NCBI GenBank assembly: GCA_976226885.1
Contig: OZ320318.1
Span: 92,132,001 to 92,196,000 of the forward strand
Reading direction: 5' to 3'
Origin: Iphione sp. A-MEVVRFRX5
Taxonomy: Eukaryota
Length of the DNA stretch: 64,000 bases
The notes below the pieces were generated by a model, which worked only from the letters and a program-made list of their open reading frames with translations, searched no databases and was not told the DNA's origin. The stretch's first letter is position 1. Each line of letters opens with the position of its first letter. Shown piece after piece: positions 14,101-26,396 of this stretch. The position numbers were made by a program, and so were the translations under genes.

Positions 14101-17100
14101 GTAATCTCCTAATCTGACGATGAACAAACAGGGCCAGGCTAGGCCATACGACTTCAAAGCTCTCATTGCAGAACACATGTATGGCAAGGAAGAGGTATGG
14201 GCGAAAACTCGCGTGCTCGCACACAATATGCTTAATGAATATATGTACCTATCCAGACACGTAGCAAAGATCCGCAGACATTTTGGTTTGCAACATCTGA
14301 TACTCATGCTACCTTCGCCTTCGGGAGTAGTTTGAACCGACGCCAATATTCACTCACATAAAGAGAAATCGATTATAACAACGTTGCCTATCTTACTGTT
14401 GCGATCCAGCTTGTAAATTCTGATCCTATTCTACTGTTATAATCATCGATACATATAGAGACTGTCAGAAAAGAAAAAAAACAGCCCGCAGGACGAACCA
14501 AAAGGGGATCTTCGTGTAGCAGCACCGATCAAAGCGACAGGTACGAGAGTCGGCGGAGAAATGGAGTGAGTAGTCTATGAAAATGACAGTTTGCTGACGG
14601 CGACTGCACCGGCGCCACCCGCCACCAAGCCTGGGTGATCGCTATATGGACTAGGCTGCCTTATGACATCTTAAAGGTGACGGAACATTCGGTGCTATAC
14701 TCAAACAACCTTAAGCGTGTGCGAAGTTTTCATTGAGGAAAATCAAACGGGAAAACAGAGAATGTATAATGCTGAAGGGAAGATTATAAACGATTTGCCC
14801 TTTCCAGAGAATTCCACGTGAGCCCTCAATATTTCCATATCAGGTATTCCTCATTCATAAGTGTTATCGACGGTTGAAATCTTTCCCTTTTTAAACCTGA
14901 ACGTAGTAAGAAGGTAAACCTGCCAATCATGGAGTCCTTTTGCTTAAAGCGGTCTATAGGATCTAAATAATATTTCTCCTTTAAACTTTTTACTATAAAA
15001 GAGGTGAATTATTCTTCATACCTCATGCCCGTCCTCATCTCTGTCACTAGGAATAAAGTTGGATAGCTTTTAAACTCAATGAAGAAGAAGAAAATACAAT
15101 GTAAAAAATATTGAAATATTGAAAACCAAAAATAGGTTAAACACTACCCTCCGAAGGAAAGTATAACACAAAAAAATATAGAAATATGAATAGAATGCTG
15201 TAATAATTCACTCTCCCCGATGATAATTAGCATTCTTTAAAATATTGCTCTCGAAATCAATAATTATGCGTGTAAATTTATTACATGTATACAGGCGTGG
15301 TCACTACATCTCAAAAAAGGGACAGCTCTAGTAAATTGTACAGGGAAAAAAAGAGACATTTTTTAAATAAAGAAAGCGATCGTTTTCATCGTAGCATTCA
15401 CTCTTCTGATATACATCTGCAGCTGGTGACCTCAAACCACGGGTGAAAATCACAAACTGTGGTCAACAGAATATCTCAGACGTGTGTTTCATGTGCCGGA
15501 ACATCATCCATATATATATATATATATATACATATATGTTTATTTGCGATGGGTCTGCTATCTGCCACCGTCTCACATAATACCAGCAGCTCGGGAGAGT
15601 AACGCAACGCAGACCCACACGACCAGTCCAATGTTGCGCCGCACACAGCGGGGCCCCTGGCGGGCGCGCCCTCTCTCCACTCACACCTCCCCAACTCGTC
15701 CCCGGAAACAAACAGGCGCCGCTCGTCGCTGCGACAAGATGTTTCCGGTGGCCGTCATGCAAACGCTCGACTCATTTCCGCCGAGAGGCCCGACCTATCA
15801 AAAGCAGCGCTTCACAGTTTTGCGACACCTGCTAACTTGCCGAACCGGATGGCGACTTCCGGCCGGGCAAACGCTGGCAGGTCTCCCCCCCCCCCGAACC
15901 TTGAACGCCTGGCGACAGGAAGAACGCCGAGGAGAAGGAAGCCATTTTCTTTGATTTCAAATGTTAATTGAAAGTCGTTAGATGATCGGTGCCATCAATT
16001 ATTCACACTGCTACGCCCTCTACTGGTTATCAGTTATGGGTGGATTTCCAATGATGTTCGAATCATTTTTGCCCCCCTCCCCCAATGTCTTTTATCGCGG
16101 AACCGAATCTGGGAAAGGGGAATTATTCATTTCAGCAGTTGCTCCTGCTGCTGTTGTTGTTGTTTCATCGTCCAACTGAACATCACGCGATAATGTCGGC
16201 CGGCGTAGCTAATGTTTCATGCTGAAGCAAAACCATCTCCGCTGAATTGCAAATGAAAATTGCAATTTTGATTTTCAACCAGGGTCTCCTGTATTAATCT
16301 TAGCGTCTCGAAATTGCATGCGACTCAACGTTACGTTACGTCGCTTCACGAACGATTGTTAACATTTTGACTGGCGGTTGAAAAAAAAAACTGGGGAAAC
16401 CTTTCACACAAACCAAAACACTATTGAGAATACAAACCTAGACCTGCAATCAGTGTCGCTGATAGTGATACGTCAAACAAGGAAACTGCTTGAATACGTG
16501 TAAGATAGGGCGGCGTGTGGCAATTTATATCCCGGTGTTCGTGTCTAAGCACGCGAAATAAGACGACAATGTACATGTAACTCTACCAGGAGAAGTTTAA
16601 TCTTTTTTTTTCTATTTTGTTTAAATTATCGACACGAAAACTTTAAAGGCTGTTCACGTGACCAGATCTTTTGCATTATGATGACTTAACCATGTTTGTT
16701 CCTGTATATTCCCCTCTATTCATTTTAACAACGAACGTATCAACAACAATACAATAGCCATAAGTCTCTCATAGAGATTTTACTATATTGTTTACCGGAT
16801 TCTTAGTCATTCCCACTCATTCATGTCCATGCCAGTCAAAATGGCCACCCCCGCCAGGTGACGCCTGCTACGAGCCCGATTATGGGTGGTACGTGAACAT
16901 GTATAAGAATGCGGGCTCTATTAGCCGACAGTGTTCTACGCTTTCGTATACACAGTGCACCCCCCAACATCTGTCACCGCCTTTTGTTTGCTCGCCGTTC
17001 TCGCCTTTGGCCTCTGCGCATGCCCGCAGCCCGGGCGACCCCTGGTGGGAGACTAAGCAAACACAAGTCGCCCGCGCGAGCTGCTCGGAGCAGTGACGAG

Positions 17101-17179
17101 CGATACGCGTGTGCTCGCAGCCGGCTGGCCGATTATCGGGCTATTTGACGAGGATTATAGCGCCGGCAAATACGGGTTA

Positions 17180-17385
17180 ATATATTTGAGAAAATCTTCC
17201 TTGAGACCTTGACAGGTCCAAAACCCTCTCCAAGTAGGAAAAGTACCAAGAAAATAGCCATAGCCAAATATTAAAATATGCAGTTTTATATTGGAGAAAC
17301 CTTCTTTGAGCCCTGACAGGTCAAAACACTTCCAAAGTACGAAAAGTGCCACAAAACCAATAGCACAATGTTAAAAACATGTTTT
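17180..17385. repeat. Tandem duplication, ~104-bp unit x2
   Basis: gacaggtc at 17211 and 17315, with similar flanking sequence. Confidence 0.75.
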
Positions 17386-17609
17386 ACTCTGGGACCGACG
17401 CCCCAAAATACACCACGCAAGGTACGACAGGTTTACAGGAGCTGGGTATACACAAGTAAATCCCCTAGATGACCTTTGTGACCTTTACGACGGTAAATAC
17501 CCGCCTAATACATCAGTTGTTATTGTCAGCTATTGAATGGGCCAAAAATATTCTGATCCAGCATGAATTTCAAATGGCAGAAAAGTATAATGCAAGCCAA
17601 AGTATTCAA

Positions 17610-17885
17610 GCTACGAGGCGTGTATATTAGAGATGTATCATTCTCATACCACTATCATATACATGTACATTATTTCTTTCCCTGCTGTGTGTCCCGCATA
17701 CCAAGTGTAAAGAGTTACATTAACTATACGTATGGTTTTGTTATTCGGATCAAAGCATCCAGCTATACCAGACGTGTATAGTATCATTCTCATACCACTA
17801 TCAGATGTATACATTAGGTCTTTCCCTGCCATTTGTCCCGCATACCAAGTATAAAGAGTTACATCAACTACACGTATGGTTTGGT
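17610..17885. repeat. Tandem duplication, ~146-bp unit x2
   Basis: gtatcattctcataccactatca at 17635 and 17781. Both copies contain gtcccgcataccaagt.taaagagttacat. Confidence 0.85.
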
Positions 17886-18189
17886 TGAAAGGCCGCCTAG
17901 AAACAGAGAGACTATCAGCCTGGTCCTTGCTTCGCCGTGGACGACTGCGGCAGAGAGGAAATTCGATCAGTAGAGTGCATTAATGGTGGGATGGATTTAC
18001 GTAACGTCACATGCATAATGCTGGTGACTAGAATTGATTCGTTACCTTCTAATTCTATTTATATGCATTTCTTTATTATGGTACACGTATCTGAGGACAC
18101 CATCCCCCCGCCCACAGCCCTTCCAGTAGCACTCTGTACACTGAACGTCGCATAAGATGTCTTTTCTACAAACAGAAATGTGTTAGCTG

Positions 18190-18452
18190 NNNNNNNNNNN
18201 NNNNNNNNNNNNNNNNNNNNNNNNNNNNNNNNNNNNNNNNNNNNNNNNNNNNNNNNNNNNNNNNNNNNNNNNNNNNNNNNNNNNNNNNNNNNNNNNNNNN
18301 NNNNNNNNNNNNNNNNNNNNNNNNNNNNNNNNNNNNNNNNNNNNNNNNNNNNNNNNNNNNNNNNNNNNNNNNNNNNNNNNNNNNNNNNNNNNNNNNNNNN
18401 NNNNNNNNNNNNNNNNNNNNNNNNNNNNNNNNNNNNNNNNNNNNNNNNNNNN
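18190..18452. other. Assembly gap (N run)
   Basis: 263 N characters. Confidence 1.
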
Positions 18453-19860
18453 TTCTGGCTGTTTTTCGTTGTAACCAGAAACATAGTATCTTTTCATCTA
18501 TGCGACGATTAGTTGATTAGTGCTTTCCATTGCTGAAATGAGTTTTTTTTCTCTCCCCCTAGTATAACGATAGTTCAGCTAGTTCAATGCTTCGTTAGTT
18601 TCCCCAACAAAGACGACATGCGACGCCATAGATGCCGAGTGATACTATTCAAAAGATTCTCTTTCACAACACTGCTACTGCCATTGAGACTCCGGGTGAC
18701 ACCTTGGCTAATTACGTCGGGGACAAAAGACCTCCCGCCTTCGTGCAAGTCGATTTCTTTTTGCCACAATGCAGGCGTACTGTTGCCATAGGTCATGTGA
18801 CTTCATTGTTCCACCTGGTGGTTCATAATAGAGTTAATGAACGCGACGTACTTATATTTAGACGAGCACCTTACGTATTATCCGAAGTGGCGTTTAGTTC
18901 TGTGCTTATTGTTGACGTGGAAAGTTAACAGGGACTGAAAACATTAACTCAGCATTTTTCAGATATATACATGCAAAATGTTTACAAGTGACGTATACCA
19001 TGTTCTATGTCATTTGGCAATAAATATTTATGACCGTTCTTTGTGAGGTTTGGCTGTAACTTGACTCTTAAATCATAATAAATTAGATTGTTGTAAATAG
19101 CGCTCTCAAGATGAAAATCATTCTAGGATTACCAAGGTAAAATCTCATGTGTGTAGAATTCCGAATACTTCAAAATGTGTGCATCTGATACTGAAGTGTC
19201 CTTTACCTGCTTTCCAATTTCACCTTTATAAAAAACCCTTAATGAAATCCGATAATCAAACGGAAAACATCATAGCTTTCCATGCACGTCGTTGCTTTGA
19301 ATAGAATAACAACTCACAAAGATATTACATCTAAATTTCCCTATTTAATATTTTTATAATCAATGAATATCCGTCCACATTGTCAAACACAAAATGACCG
19401 ATAGATAAAACGTTATCAGCACGATCGAGACATAACCCGGCATTCAGTTTTATTATTCACCAGTACAAAATGAGTTATTTTCTCATATCATGGATATGTA
19501 TCCATAATTGAAAGAAAGTAGCCAGCGCCTTAGCAAGGCCGGTAAATCTTCCTATATTCGTTTTTTGTTATCAGTCGCTTAGAGTAAGTATCTTTCCGGT
19601 TCGTCGGCAGAGCCTACTGCCTGCCTGTTGCAACTGAGCCAGCACCACCTAGATGGGGTGCCCATCCCCCCTTCCCCCTCCCCCCCCCACAGAGACAGTT
19701 GAGCTGCTCAGTTTGGCACAATGCCAGGCTAATCCAGTCACAACTCGAGCAGCTCACCCCAGGCCACGACGAGGGTCTGGTTCAATACCCACACATCCTG
19801 GTCTCCTTGACCAATTAGAGGAGGTAGAGCCGAAAAATCCGCTGTTGGGAGAATCATGCA

Positions 19861-20448
19861 GTGCATACAGGGTACGTCTCCAGGGAACCAACTTTTCCCA
19901 CCGAGGAACTTCTACTTCTAAACATTAGAAATAACAGCATCGGCTTTTATGTCCGTACTGTGGCAGTTGGCAAAGAGGAAAAATGACAAAGGTGAGACAT
20001 GCACTCATATACTGGACGCTATGAAGTCGTGAGATGCAGAAATAAATGTTTTTTATGTGGTGCATACAGGGTAAGTCTCCAGGGAAACAACTTTTCCCAC
20101 CGAGGAACTTCTACTTTTAAACATCAGAAATTATAGCATTGGCTTTTTATGTCTGTACTGTGGCAGTTGGCGAAGAGAAAGAATGACAAAGGTGAGACAT
20201 GCGCTCAGATACTGGACGCTATGAAGTCGTGAAATGCAGAAATAAATGTTTTTTATGTGGTGCATACAGGGTAAGTCTCCAGGGAACCAACTTTTCCCAC
20301 AGAGAAACTTCTACTTCTAAACATCAGAAATTATAGCATCAGCTTCTATGTCCGTATTGTGGCAGTTGGCGAAGAGGAAGAATGACAAAGGTGAGACATG
20401 CGCTCATATACTGGACGCTATGAAGTCGTGAGATGCAGAAATAAATGT
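19861..20448. repeat. Tandem repeat, ~200-bp unit x3
   Basis: gtgcatacagggt starts at 19861, 20060 and 20260. The copies are highly similar and each ends gaaataaatgt. Confidence 0.95.
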
Positions 20449-21511
20449 AAGGTTTTAGAGATAATGAGAAAATTACGGCTCATATCCGATCAGGAACGGT
20501 GGCACTGGAAAAAATCCCGTTGCTAATTGAGTAAATGATGCAAGGCTGAAAGTGAAGGATAATTTCCCATCCCAGGTCAGTCTCTCAGCGGAATGAATGC
20601 CTAGTCTTGATCTCAAAGAGGCAAACATGGTGCCTCACGTATAGGTAGAGCAACAAAGCTCTTTAAGGCCCGGTTTCCATGTGTATATTTTTTTATACTC
20701 AGTGTACGTGTGTATGGTAAAAAATCAATTCTATGAGAATGAACAGGGCTGTCTGTATGGTGGAAAATGGGCAATGTTCATTTTGTTCTGCACCACGGAT
20801 GACTATAGATGAGTAGCATGCTGAAATAGGTATTTCAAGAAGGAGAAATACTGTGTAACATATGTTAGATGTTGTGAAATATTTTGTAATTTGGATATCA
20901 TTTGCATAAAAAAAAACTGTACAACTTCCACCAATATGCTTTGACCGCCGTGAAAAACTGCACAATTTCCACAGATATGCTTCAACCTTCACAAAAACCA
21001 TACATACAATATACATATATTACTGACTAGCCCTGACCCATATACATGAAAAACAGCGTGTCTGTGGGCATCTGTGTTCATCCAGAAAATTGGCGGATTT
21101 TCTGCACAAGCTTGGAATCTGGAAAAAAAAAACCTGCTCACATGGAAATCGGGCCTAACTCAATCATTCCTCTTGTTTCCATGAGTGCACGACTAACACA
21201 GCATCCTACTCCTGCCAGAAAATATGCTTTGGGCTCTACCACATGTGATGGAGAACCCTATAGGTCTGAAGCTCAGCAGCTGGTGAGCAGCTAGTGAGCA
21301 GATGGTGGGCAGCTGGTGGGCAGCTGGTGCGCAGTGCGCTCCTCTTTCATCACCTCCAACACTGCTTGATTCTATCGCATCCTTAAGGCATTATCCCCGT
21401 AAACGCGGATGGAAAACCTGCATGTGTGGCTGGACTGCAGGCCATCTGCACCTATACACAAGAGGTGGCGGGTGATACCCTCGTATACGCGGGTTATCCG
21501 CACACTCCATC

Positions 21512-21582
<71 letters not shown>

Positions 21583-21670
21583 GATAGAGAGACTCAGAGA
21601 GAGACAGAGACAGATAGAGAGACTCAGAGAGAGACAGAGACAGAGACAGAGAGAGGGGAGGAAAGAGAGA
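21512..21670. repeat. (GA)n / GA-rich microsatellite
   Basis: Purine-rich GA run. Confidence 0.95.
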
Positions 21671-22004
21671 GCACATCACAATCTGCACCTGCATGTGGAC
21701 CGACCGGACCATCTCCGATCACCAAAACACACCTGTGTGCATTGCCATATAACCTGCGTGCATGGGGATGGACACATCTAAATACACTGATATTATCCTT
21801 CCCCCCCCGTCCATGCCCCCAGGTCCGGGTCTGGACGAGCCCACGTACATGGGAATAGTGCCTAACTGTCTAGCCCATAGTTTACACATTTACTGTATGT
21901 ATCTGCTTCCATAGGCTTTACAGTGTAGATCATACATCTTTCATGAAACCATACATCTATTGATGAGGAAATTATATGACCCAACATGCTACTACGCACA
22001 CACA

Positions 22005-22340
22005 TATGATGCATGTAAACCCAAGGTTGCCAAGCAGCATCGGTATGTGTAACAGTATAGTGTTATGGGTTTTGATAGTGCAATCATGTAAGTCTCTTCA
22101 TTTTGGGGTTTCGGTAACAGTCACGTATGATGCATGTAAACCCCAGGCCAACCTGCATCAGTATTGGTAACAATATATGAGTGTTGATACTGTGGTCATA
22201 TAACTCTCTTCAATTTTGGGTCTGGGTAATGGGAATGTACGCATGTAAAGCCAAGGCCAAACTGCATCAGTATGGGTAACAGGATAGTGTTATGAGTTTT
22301 GATAACTTGTTCAATTTTCTCTCATTTTTGGGTTTGGGTA
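22005..22340. repeat. Degenerate tandem repeat, ~110-120-bp unit x3
   Basis: gcatgtaaa at about 22011, 22132 and 22241, with similar downstream sequence (gcatc.gtat..gtaaca ... tttgggg). Confidence 0.8.
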
Positions 22341-23173
22341 GTGGCAAGGATCTGCAATATGTCTAACTGAGAAATCCAAGAAATTAGTTCACGAAGTAAC
22401 CGAAAGAAATATCTGAAAAAAAAACAATTAACACAAAGGCACCTCTGCTTAACCTTAACCACAAAACAACGCCTCACATCCACTCAGGTTCAGGTCTTCA
22501 CAGTGCCTTTAAGTCAGGTATGTGCGTGATCCCTGCGTTTCCTCTTCCCATCCGGGCCTCTGAGAGGTCAGATTTCAGGTGCTCTTCGTGTTACAGCAGC
22601 GTCCAGGGGTCGCTGCATACGCATGCGCAGTTAATGAGGCGATTTCCATCGCCGCGCGCCCCATGATGTATGGCTGCCACTTAACGCTCGTTAACACGTT
22701 AGACAACATTGACTTAAGTCAAGTCCACCTTATAAAAACTTGAGTTTGCTTTTACTCCACTTGGTAGATGTGTTAAATATCAAATAAATGACACTCTGCC
22801 GTTCAAAACCTCACTTCGCGACTAAGAGTTAAAAGAAAGAAAATTTCTACAATCAGTCGATCATTCACATCTTGATCTACTAAACTGAATAACAATAGAG
22901 ACTTGACAGTATTTCTTAAAGAACGCGAATGTAATCAATTCATGATGAGGATTATCATAAGGGGGTATATTTCTCGGTTATATTTCCCAAACCGTTTTTC
23001 ATAGCTGCCTGTCTGTTCATGTCTTCTTCCTTTCTGTTTCATGTTGCCCCCCTCCCCTCCCTCGACTTATGGAGTTCCCCTCAAAGTTCAACTCATCATA
23101 CAGTGTCTACTGAAGTGTGAAAGGTTGGGAATTGCCGCTGCTTTACCGGTCGTTTTTCTTTTTATTTTTGCAG

Positions 23174-23452
23174 GAGTGAAGGAGTACTGTCAGTTCGATT
23201 CCTTCGAGGGACGCTGCGCAGTTGACGAAGTCATCCTCATCAAGACAGCCCAGTACGGGCGCATGCGCGCCGGCAAGTGCATCTCCGGCGAGGGTTACAT
23301 CGGCTGTCAGGCTGACGTCATTACCTACCTGGATTCCCTCTGCTCGGGACGTCACAGCTGTAAGGTCGACGTCACGGAGATTCGCGACGTCGCCCAGCCG
23401 TGCAAGAAAGACTTCACCTCCTATTTGGAGGTCAGCTACGAATGCATAAAAG
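23174..23452 (+). CDS. Internal exon encoding a SUEL (D-galactose/L-rhamnose-binding lectin) domain; part of a SUEL-CUB-Sushi gene
   Basis: Acceptor ttttcttttta..tttttgcag|G and donor AAAG|gtaagt; 279 bp, phase 1-1. Translates as VKEYCQFDSFEGRCAVDEVILIKTAQYGRMRAGKCISGEGYIGCQADVITYLDSLCSGRHSCKVDVTEIRDVAQPCKKDFTSYLEVSYECIK, with 8 Cys and the YGR, PC and YLEVSYEC motifs of SUEL domains. Codon usage is GC3-rich. Confidence 0.93.
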
Positions 23453-23621
23453 GTAAGTGATCACATAATAAAAACCAAAATATTGTATAAATATCCAGAG
23501 GCAATAAATGGGATGAAAACTTTTACGACGAAATAATCTTTTTCGCTGTAATTCATCAGATCACTCCACAAAAGGGTAATTTAGATATTCTATCCATACA
23601 GATTTTTCGGATATTCGATCC

Positions 23622-23910
23622 CCCGGTCCCTGCACTCTGGCAGCTACTAGATACGCACCCTCGTTCTCAAAATCAAGAAGAAAGGGGTGTCTTTTCCTTA
23701 CTTTGTATGTCCTTGATTCTTAAAAAAAGGGTTGGTTTTCTCATTTCCTAGACTTTTCACAAAGAAAGGGGTGTTATTTCCTTAGTCTTTGCTATTTTTC
23801 AGGAAATAAGGGGTGGCTTTTTCCAGCTAAAAGTCAGTGAAAAGGGGGCAGATTGGATACTGAAGAACAAGCGTATGTCCTCCCTTCCATACTAGAGTGC
23901 GGGGACCGGG
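23622..23910. mobile_element. 289-bp MITE with 19-bp imperfect TIRs and an 8-bp target site duplication
   Basis: Left end cccggtccctgcactctgg and right end ctagagtgcggggaccggg (2 mismatches). TTCGATCC flanks both sides (23614-23621 and 23911-23918). Confidence 0.85.
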
Positions 23911-24188
23911 TTCGATCCTTACAGATTTGTTCCTTTTTACGGAACATCCTTTGCGACATTACTTGTGTTCCTTGGAGATCCTTATGCAAAGTGAAGAGTT
24001 TGGTTGTGATTCGATAGAAACGCCTCTTTTGAGTTTTTGTCCTTATGAGTTCTGTTTATGTATGGATTGACAAAGAGGTTTATTAATTTATAACATTCTC
24101 AATACATCAAGACTGTTAACTACCTATCTTTCCATGTCAGCGCAGGTAGACAATATTATGTTATTCACCAGTGATTCTGATATTTTGG

Positions 24189-24644
24189 CCCCTGTCTCAT
24201 AGAGATGGGGCGTGTACCTTAGGGAATGCTGCTGGCTGACGGTCCGACCTCCTTTCAGTCAAATAAGCTGATTTTGATATATGGTATTTCTATATGTGGA
24301 CCCCATGGCACTGGGTAATTTTGGTAGTGATTAGATTATTGTCAAGCTGAAATTATACCAATTTTACTCGTTTACTAACATACCCACCGGCATACATACC
24401 ATGTTTAGGGATTTCTAGATGTGACAATGCACTCCGCATGTAGGAACACACACTCACCAACATCCCCTTCTCCCAGCACCACTTTGATAGCAGTCTAATC
24501 AAGATAGTTACAACCAGGTCAGAAACTCCTCCACCCCTCTGGCCTTTGCCACTCGCGCAAGCCAAGTCCAATTATGCAGTCACAGCTGTGTGATTGCCAC
24601 TTAAGGTTGGGGGACAATAAACCTCACAGGTCCACACTCTTGTT
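24189..24644 (+). mobile_element. Dispersed repeat, copy 1 (copy 2 at 43807-44291)
   Basis: Colinear shared blocks: cccctg.ctcatag, atgctgctggctgacggtc.gacc, ctgattttgatatatg, gacaatgcactc, gattgccactt, caggtccacactcttgtt. Confidence 0.8.
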
Positions 24645-24732
24645 GCTCCTTGCTTTATTAGGGAGGATTGCTATTCTTAGCCCTGTACTGTCGAATGATT
24701 TTTCCGGTTGATGCCTGCTGTCTGTACAGTGT

Positions 24733-25412
24733 GGTCTTGTTTTAAATTTGGTTGTGTCTTTCTGTATACTTTACCAGTGTCGAAAGGCAAGTCGAACATG
24801 TGCCGCCATTCACACGACATGCAGTTGGAGGCTGGGGTGGGCTACATCGCAACCCTGACCATCACAAAGGTCTTCTTTTAAACTTGGTTGTGTCTTTCTA
24901 TATTCTTTACCAGTGTCGAAAGGCAAGTCGAACATGTGCCACCATTCACAAGACGTGCAGCTGGAGGCCGGGGCGGGCTACATCGCAACCCTGACCACCA
25001 CGGAGGTCTTATTTTAAATTTGGTTGTGTCTTTCTGTATACTTTACCAGTGTCAAAAGGCAAGTCAAACATGTGCCGCCATTCACACGATGTGCAGCTGG
25101 AGGCCGGGGCGGGCTACATCGCAACCCTGACCACCACGGAGGTCTTCTTTTAAATTTGGTTGTGTCTTTCTATATCCTTTACCAGTGTCAAAAGGCAAGT
25201 CAAACATGTGCCGCCATTCACACGACGTGCAGTTGGAGGCCGGGGCGGGCTACATCGCAACCCTGACCACCACAGAGGTCTTGTTTTAAATTTGGTTGTG
25301 TCTTTCTATGTTCTTTACCAGTGTCGAAAGGCAAGTCGAACATGTGCCGCCATTCACACGATGTGCAGTTGGAGGCCGGGGCGGGCTACATCGCAACCCT
25401 GACCACCACAGA
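24733..25412 (+). repeat. 136-bp tandem array x5; each unit = 3' end of the intron with acceptor plus the first ~91 nt of the CUB exon
   Basis: Units start at 24733, 24869, 25005, 25141 and 25277. The acceptor AG ends at 24777, 24913, 25049, 25185 and 25321. Only the last unit continues into the rest of the exon. Confidence 0.97.
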
Positions 25413-25726
25413 GACCGGTCTGGGCACCCAAGACTGTCCCTGGCTCCTGCAGGCAACGGGCGGCCAGAGAGTCAGCCTCACTGTGCTCGACTTCGGCACC
25501 GTGGTGAAAGACGAGGCCGACAAGTGGGTACATACCAGTTACAACGCTCTCAACTGCCCCGTCCACCTGGTGGTGATGGACGGAAGCGCCCGCAGTCAGA
25601 CACCGCTGTGTGGCGCCGGAAATCGACAGCGCCATCTTTTGACGTCGAAAGAGAACCGTGTCAAGATGCACGTAACCATGCAGATGTCCCAAGGCAGCAT
25701 CCCACACTTCCTGCTTCAGTACAAAG
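25322..25726 (+). CDS. Internal exon encoding a CUB-like domain; same gene
   Basis: Acceptor tctttctatgttctttaccag|TG and donor AAAG|gtacga; 405 bp, phase 1-1, in frame with the SUEL exon. Translates as ..GYIATLTTTETGLGTQDCPWLLQATGGQRVSLTVLDF..CPVHLVVMDG..TPLCG..LLTSKENRVKMHV..FLLQYK, the CUB pattern (C.W.L...GQR..L...DF, LCG, S..N.V, F.L.Y). Confidence 0.92.
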
Positions 25727-26396
25727 GTACGAGCTTCTCAATATTCAATTTCCAACTCTTCAATAACGTGTTTACACCAGGTTTTTTTCACCCCGACCTG
25801 TCTTCAAAGCTTAGCATCAACCTCAGCATCATTAGGCTTATGCAAAATGACTATTTTATTATTCTAACCGGAATTCTGCTCTAGTTGCAGTTGCAACACA
25901 TCCCATCAGCCTTTCTCACCAACCTCTCTCCGCTCATCTTACCGTTCATGGCTTTTCGCTCCTATTTTACTTTCTTTATTCGAACTGTACCTAGTCCCGG
26001 TCCTATGTAACATTTCCCGTTTTGCACCATAACATCATTGGTATCTATCACATTTCCCGGGAATTCATTTATCCTTCTACGTACAGCGTCGTCCGTATTC
26101 GGTCATTATCAATTCCAGATTCGAGCTCTCTGTCTTTTGTTCTTTTTGCAAAATTACCACCATTCTGCAGCGCCTTTTCATATGTCCAAAACTCTCGTTA
26201 GTTTTGACACTTTATGTAGTGGAGATTTTCATCTGAGATCGTTATGGAGCAGTTTGCGGACAACAGCAGCACCTATCTTGGTAGCTTTGTTAGTGGAAAG
26301 GCTTAACTTTGGTCCATTTTCCTTTTTCAGTTCTGTAGCCCTCTGTATATATGCTCTCATATTTGTACAGACTTCCCTACTTACTGCGTATATATA

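Noticed and set aside
18059-18512. ORFs spanning N runs (also 59698-60064)
   Set aside because: Artefacts of assembly gaps.
23535-23565. Hammerhead ribozyme on the minus strand (CTGATGA..CGAAA)
   Set aside because: Stem II and stem III cannot be paired, so this is a chance core match.
23901-23918. tRNA B-box-like GGTTCGATCC
   Set aside because: Fully explained by the MITE right TIR abutting its 8-bp TSD.
24752-25402. Four 80-aa ORFs in the ORF track as a tandem small-protein family
   Set aside because: They are an alternative reading frame of the 136-bp repeat. The meaningful frame is the CUB exon frame.
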